Below are positions 63,801 to 64,000 of a stretch of 64,000 nucleotides of DNA, in pieces. This stretch comes from Caecitellus pseudoparvulus (Eukaryota > Protista > Bigyra: Bicosoecida), in contig CBFFRQ010000067.1 of the NCBI GenBank assembly GCA_965644315.1, positions 682,001 to 746,000 of the forward strand, in the 5' to 3' direction. The notes under the pieces were generated by a model. It was not told the DNA's origin and did not search any database. It saw nothing but the letters and a program-made list of their open reading frames with translations. Every line of letters starts with the position of its first letter. Position 1 is the stretch's first letter. A program made the translations under genes and the position numbers.

Positions 63801-64000
63801 TCAGGTCTCCCGCATATGCCAGCCCCGTTCCCACCGCATGAGTCAAGGAGCAGAGCCCCATGTTGCCCAGGTCTGTCACATGGAAGCCCTCCACGCCAGC
63901 TTCGAGTCGACGCCGGCCAAGCGAGCCAGGGATCATCGCATCTTCAGAGACAGGCAGAAGGCTGCATGCTGAGAGAGCGTGGTCTGGGTCGAGTGGGAGG
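51850..64000 (-). CDS. Giant FG-GAP (integrin-alpha-type beta-propeller) repeat surface protein with Ser/Thr/Pro stalk, Cys-rich module and ~9-TM domain; 5' end probably outside the window
   Basis: ORF of >4028 aa that stays open to base 64000. 42 FG-GAP units (e.g. FGASVALVGDVNGDRVEDIIVGAP); stalk ~54720-54410; 'CAAGHEGGACAACKVGF'; TM segments ~54080-52460. Confidence 0.92.
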   Translation of the reverse strand, partial: LPLDPDHALSACSLLPVSEDAMIPGSLGRRRLEAGVEGFHVTDLGNMGLCSLTHAVGTGLAYAGDLNRDGNPELVIGNPKFNFFTGHPFIGSVAILFTGNDGSVQSCKRITPQGSANTPNWHNLQFGASVALVGDVNGDRVEDIIVGAPAVPQAGAKGRVVVVCLTAGGEPLTRIDWGHGAAGILSVHADVATWFGAAVTAVGDLSGDGVPDVAIGAPRGDSPASIVTASKGRGVVAIVHLEQSGKPSPQQPWQEVSGETNTNLSSWLPTSDKPLFGSSLAPLYSGPDNALRLLAVGVPGFSGVHARDGAVVLVELSMPSGAPLTAHLISSLQPGGLAGNLQPYGRFGSALASMGDSAGNGVADLLVSAANYTADGQGDRREGRVWTVDLQWDGGDPSVIVEQGYEVLHPGPNGQGGFGAGFGSGFGEAVLALPGHLGEGLAWWVVEQIEGGPPGRLFAINSSAPWDRSDLVHPGQPRRFVQPASLSGTHNISSTLAEAVDTVHIGSALAWLQSANASEELQPTLLVGAPGTMTYAGSVMIVDFSSPAAPSLVFEFGAGDSFGPFTPSANDRFGAAIAVAPAFLRPSTQFEAELAVGAPGESSGGKVTVFGLEAPSAGTLQLSSQVLLLDQTIWAPDLIYTTSSTPAAEISQFGSSVVFVGDRSRDGVPELVVGAPQSSECDLWRFSLKADPGAPHEGLVANTALLCDTLEDDSSLAEFTEMGISLAALPSPNSLQLPDILVGATTHDRLRSCIILLRLNVQGRPIFHHTLKPVSEASPAPSHGLLAQCFGPCLFGASVAGLGIDRESGGALLSVGMPGRSVGASNAGGFHLMLLAQSPVADYEPAVAWGATEDARVGSGILSEVEFSQSPRLGQALASYYHPSGGITLAAGGPMFSGKRPEGGDVWVANFSSELLQPLPLWSPAPFVLSSQQLSGVAAQGTAALSMQDEGGILGMALAFLPCDELTCSAPLLGVGVPGEERGGGMGWVGNVTLRPPQSEAQPWGFPEVQGVYSGNPVELESTSIESFASSVAAAGDVDGDGVQDWLVGSVPDGDSGAVGSLWFLRNGPVTGVTTTYINATLDPHLSSLGIAPAHAFGAAAVGLGDRNLDEVPDVAAGAPGSGQVFLLFMHVSFASVTGSVLIDHSDVPGLTPVPRSARFGHSLALVSDLDLDGGCDLAVGAPNLELDGTHSGGVVLVFLSPNATVQGLQLIPATRPELRGAGLTGLQFGAALASPGDIDGNGVADLLIGAPGRHVTDTSQVVVLYLEHEPGNMSIAGWQALSLEDGNYATNMSIGDDFGTSLASLVDPETGGVTLAIGAPGNAATQGLVHVLRTSLTVAHGSTSSPCACSVPILSSGIVQSFTPFRVDDPPQLSTWASLQPPEFGTAVAFLDDLAFVVGAPNMQTNPGDKPGVVAFLMQNPSGDVESVLKLTPDSTLFSSASLPPRHVHGRFGSALARVAANTIAIGSPGDEGLDVGGVVWFVKLNGVGFDSVRAALTGADCELVGAGPVSNSSEFGSAITALVGKDTTHAGPEIVVGAPLGSEVAHHAGAIVFVALDSQYRPVVAALHSHFPDAAGSLLADRSGHEAGASLAALPDIDGDGLCDLAMGMPGYGVDGSGAVGILLRGPGFTLRRMVLMEPASLGLLSLAGGRFGAAVAPIGDLWADGVPELAVGHPGAGSHGLVHVLALNASGTWTPLHEVRPYSEGLNSALSQGARFGSALAAADETSTGKVGLLVGASQDFDDATARHGTAWKLTLPNSGSVLPGTCDGHRPATVSMSAHASPSGLPSQYGSAIIALHFIDERNGDASIAVGSPMADSGTGGVDVIWGDSGALRLIQEVSFDDLPHTPAWSSSLRRWGASLAPAGHLPQYGAESLLAGAPGTDSYFGAVTMLHLAATGELVAAASSSDTNAPSPLLGPSALTGSKIGSSVASIGFAGEPNGPSQVDLVSAAGAPEYGGGTGDFASSGAVIMMYWGGAGLVKHVILSADNATLTPFIGAGALFGTSLAAVAGAQHEGAGGGACAQLFVGAPGWGAAGTLLLLELGAGESLVGVHVFDDVSLALQSTLHPGATLGSSLTSLGRNPDEALFTIAVGAEGLREGDAAEAGAFLLLDVNRTSSPWTVAGVTRIGQHFGVVSEPLPGDLGTGTSLGRAPWSTRTKLYLFAGRPMSEFGELREMWLQRSFQAPSLSDFCLVSGEDSPAPEPPAVLGSSLLHAGVLPPPPHAISLDAELGASLAFLGPLTTTPGSDPDVGVLAVGLPGTTYMGTSSIQSVDPSGGVLLLHISPRPANGLSVVHTTFLGSSHDAFAGIPAHSRLGAAVAPLSDLDGNGTPDLVVGAPDQGPTGCVYILFLSPSGQVADFHSFSSTPGPATGITVQELGSAFVRLQQGFASTPPVLAIGAPGSSIVGYNRVGRVFLTALKQDGIPDTNGLQLTLGPHHPAGPWADMPGDAGAKAGSSLAAFPSETGSWITLAVGCTGEETIVLAELTAVLTINVSRVLGAPPGTSAWGSSVAVLGAWPASQVSLLAAAEHDGAAQNDTGGVYVGSLGTGTATDLGLLLLNTTTQEYGPLTSFRHASLTSFRFGDATWAAVGSPSLSRNLDTMQPAEGVVALFRVDVNLLPKTANSTAELPQIRDRSVHQFAAFAALGNYHRASTGSPFVSPGQPFLGMTLGPNVEFGAAVAVLCNGGQVDSDSMWVATGAPGVLGRGDVAVVHLSISEGLVPRAPLHWLAASPLQLKVGDRFGASLAALGDITADGEPDLAVGAPGNDTVYLLALDAQGAMLGASAVTPSMPQIREAMPVGSGPMEFGASLAFCGEQTVSGNPAAVLAVGAPMFQRPGPGQEPGAVVLFTVYISPVMGVVLSSAACVHTGSNDLTGLALSDATGLGTSVAWTPVPGYSHMVLTVGTVLDELAGPGGSHGVWVMSLNTTAGSLIHLLRVQPTNNAAGDFENSTAKFGAALGMVPDVPVTGAIDLFVGAPGVNAGQGSIASYRLGTDWADGKLVPAFYGMSVLPGRLDVDLGASLDDGQGLGAALATSVSVHGEPLLVAGSPWDTNGGATWLLRHEAVFSPQPAQLRGQCRQVAQLSLPPWQPAVPSSSSSPSAETPTTSATVTTTPQQQTPAASATASPLATASTTVAVSLSRSPSPGVSPSETPFSTPPPAFPSQTTTPQPSLSPSPSTSTARGPAVSPSPSPSPCQEPWWGTCDGPRPPGGNATGGSGGGPHHPLPGTWCRDCETAEALAEAGSSVAVCPRFGSCEVGGLSGTRLRCAAGHEGGACAACKVGFTAQDGSPCAPCRPCEDTGQVWNWLLGLAACALVVALGYFSYQGVVERGKLEQDLFIGAVRILASYFALMGYVAIALAPFSEPSLGLRQRAVSMQQWQEACGRSAASHRDMVLAHRPANGTTGWWSDAAAYDSAAGESDTPAGDLINAAFGAAAGLVGGLPLGAITSTSCSGGDRAFLSMAWSTVVIASLLLLIVWGLIVCISHRRGLWQRVTARSASRAARSSTTLSSHQLHRVAKRTASSSTRNSTVAKRGSIFATTAAANPLFATSEGGAGDEHDGTSSRSVLARTKAREERAVSPTSIWIWTLCRFVLSLYLVLWGTAVGSALQVLAPGWVVQGQEYAFPSSLAVRVGNDALVAGMALFLILNALVFPLAFLAVLRSQTGQLLDTQHHASATLSVLTAGYRLQLNPNQAAAVARQAMKDAKKSMDADGSSIAVTLSVRMSRRLESRCCGVARWVPSHGFALLRSLQSAVILCALWLTTSTLLRALVIGGSLLVMLAATYALRPYSLKELNTKDMQVGLAVLLHIVLALAAPGSSAVAVFMLCVHGLTALSLVLAAARGASQYARAGSAALADWFRSALPALPRPPAGSVGASALPGAGDVLRALCVRVGLCAAPPARSQRSNSICSGRQQWVQLAHMAMPSAGQALALDGAQLIAASEDLMGIDGDSASACARCNRPRAADDARVVAEASAGGRQGRAPSLSAAAMITSPTALRGASVSAPGMSTRLAAALQATLAVPKATRPDPQFAPTRSRGRSGGV

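Noticed and set aside
51850-64000. Calling the giant protein a true integrin alpha or a GPCR
   Set aside because: No thigh/calf domains, single TM or GFFKR; about nine TM segments and no GAIN/GPS motif are recognisable.
1-64000. Endogenous virophage/Polinton or retrotransposon insertion
   Set aside because: No AT-rich island, terminal repeats, or integrase, tyrosine recombinase, RT, pPolB or capsid motifs were found by inspection.

Overview
Gene-dense, GC-rich eukaryotic DNA with short GT-AG spliceosomal introns, mostly about 70-130 nt, often with GTGCGT or GTGAGT donors. It is most consistent with a heterotrophic stramenopile (bicosoecid/Cafeteria-like); this is inference from gene content and splice style, not a database result. 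I can support about 22 protein-coding genes, many of them split by introns and therefore fragmented or mis-started in the ORF track. Recognisable genes: cytosolic HSP70 (4 exons), an AHSA1/START-domain protein, RAB5IF/C20orf24, a cathepsin L-like protease, an SLC45/SUT-like MFS carrier, a GT-A glycosyltransferase, two ankyrin proteins, a BTB protein, an F-box protein ending in CaaX, a ubiquitin-like protein lacking di-Gly, and an HMG-box/histone-fold fusion. I found no rRNA, tRNA, CRISPR array or recognisable mobile element. The strongest novelty candidate is a three-member family of receptor-like proteins that share a Cys-rich plus ~9-TM module but carry completely different ectodomains. One member is an uninterrupted >4000-aa ORF with 42 FG-GAP repeats in seven blocks of six on a mucin-like stalk. 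A second candidate is a 2548-aa WD40 protein containing 11 KEG/HERC2-like SH3-type repeats, three of them recently triplicated, with no E3 catalytic domain.
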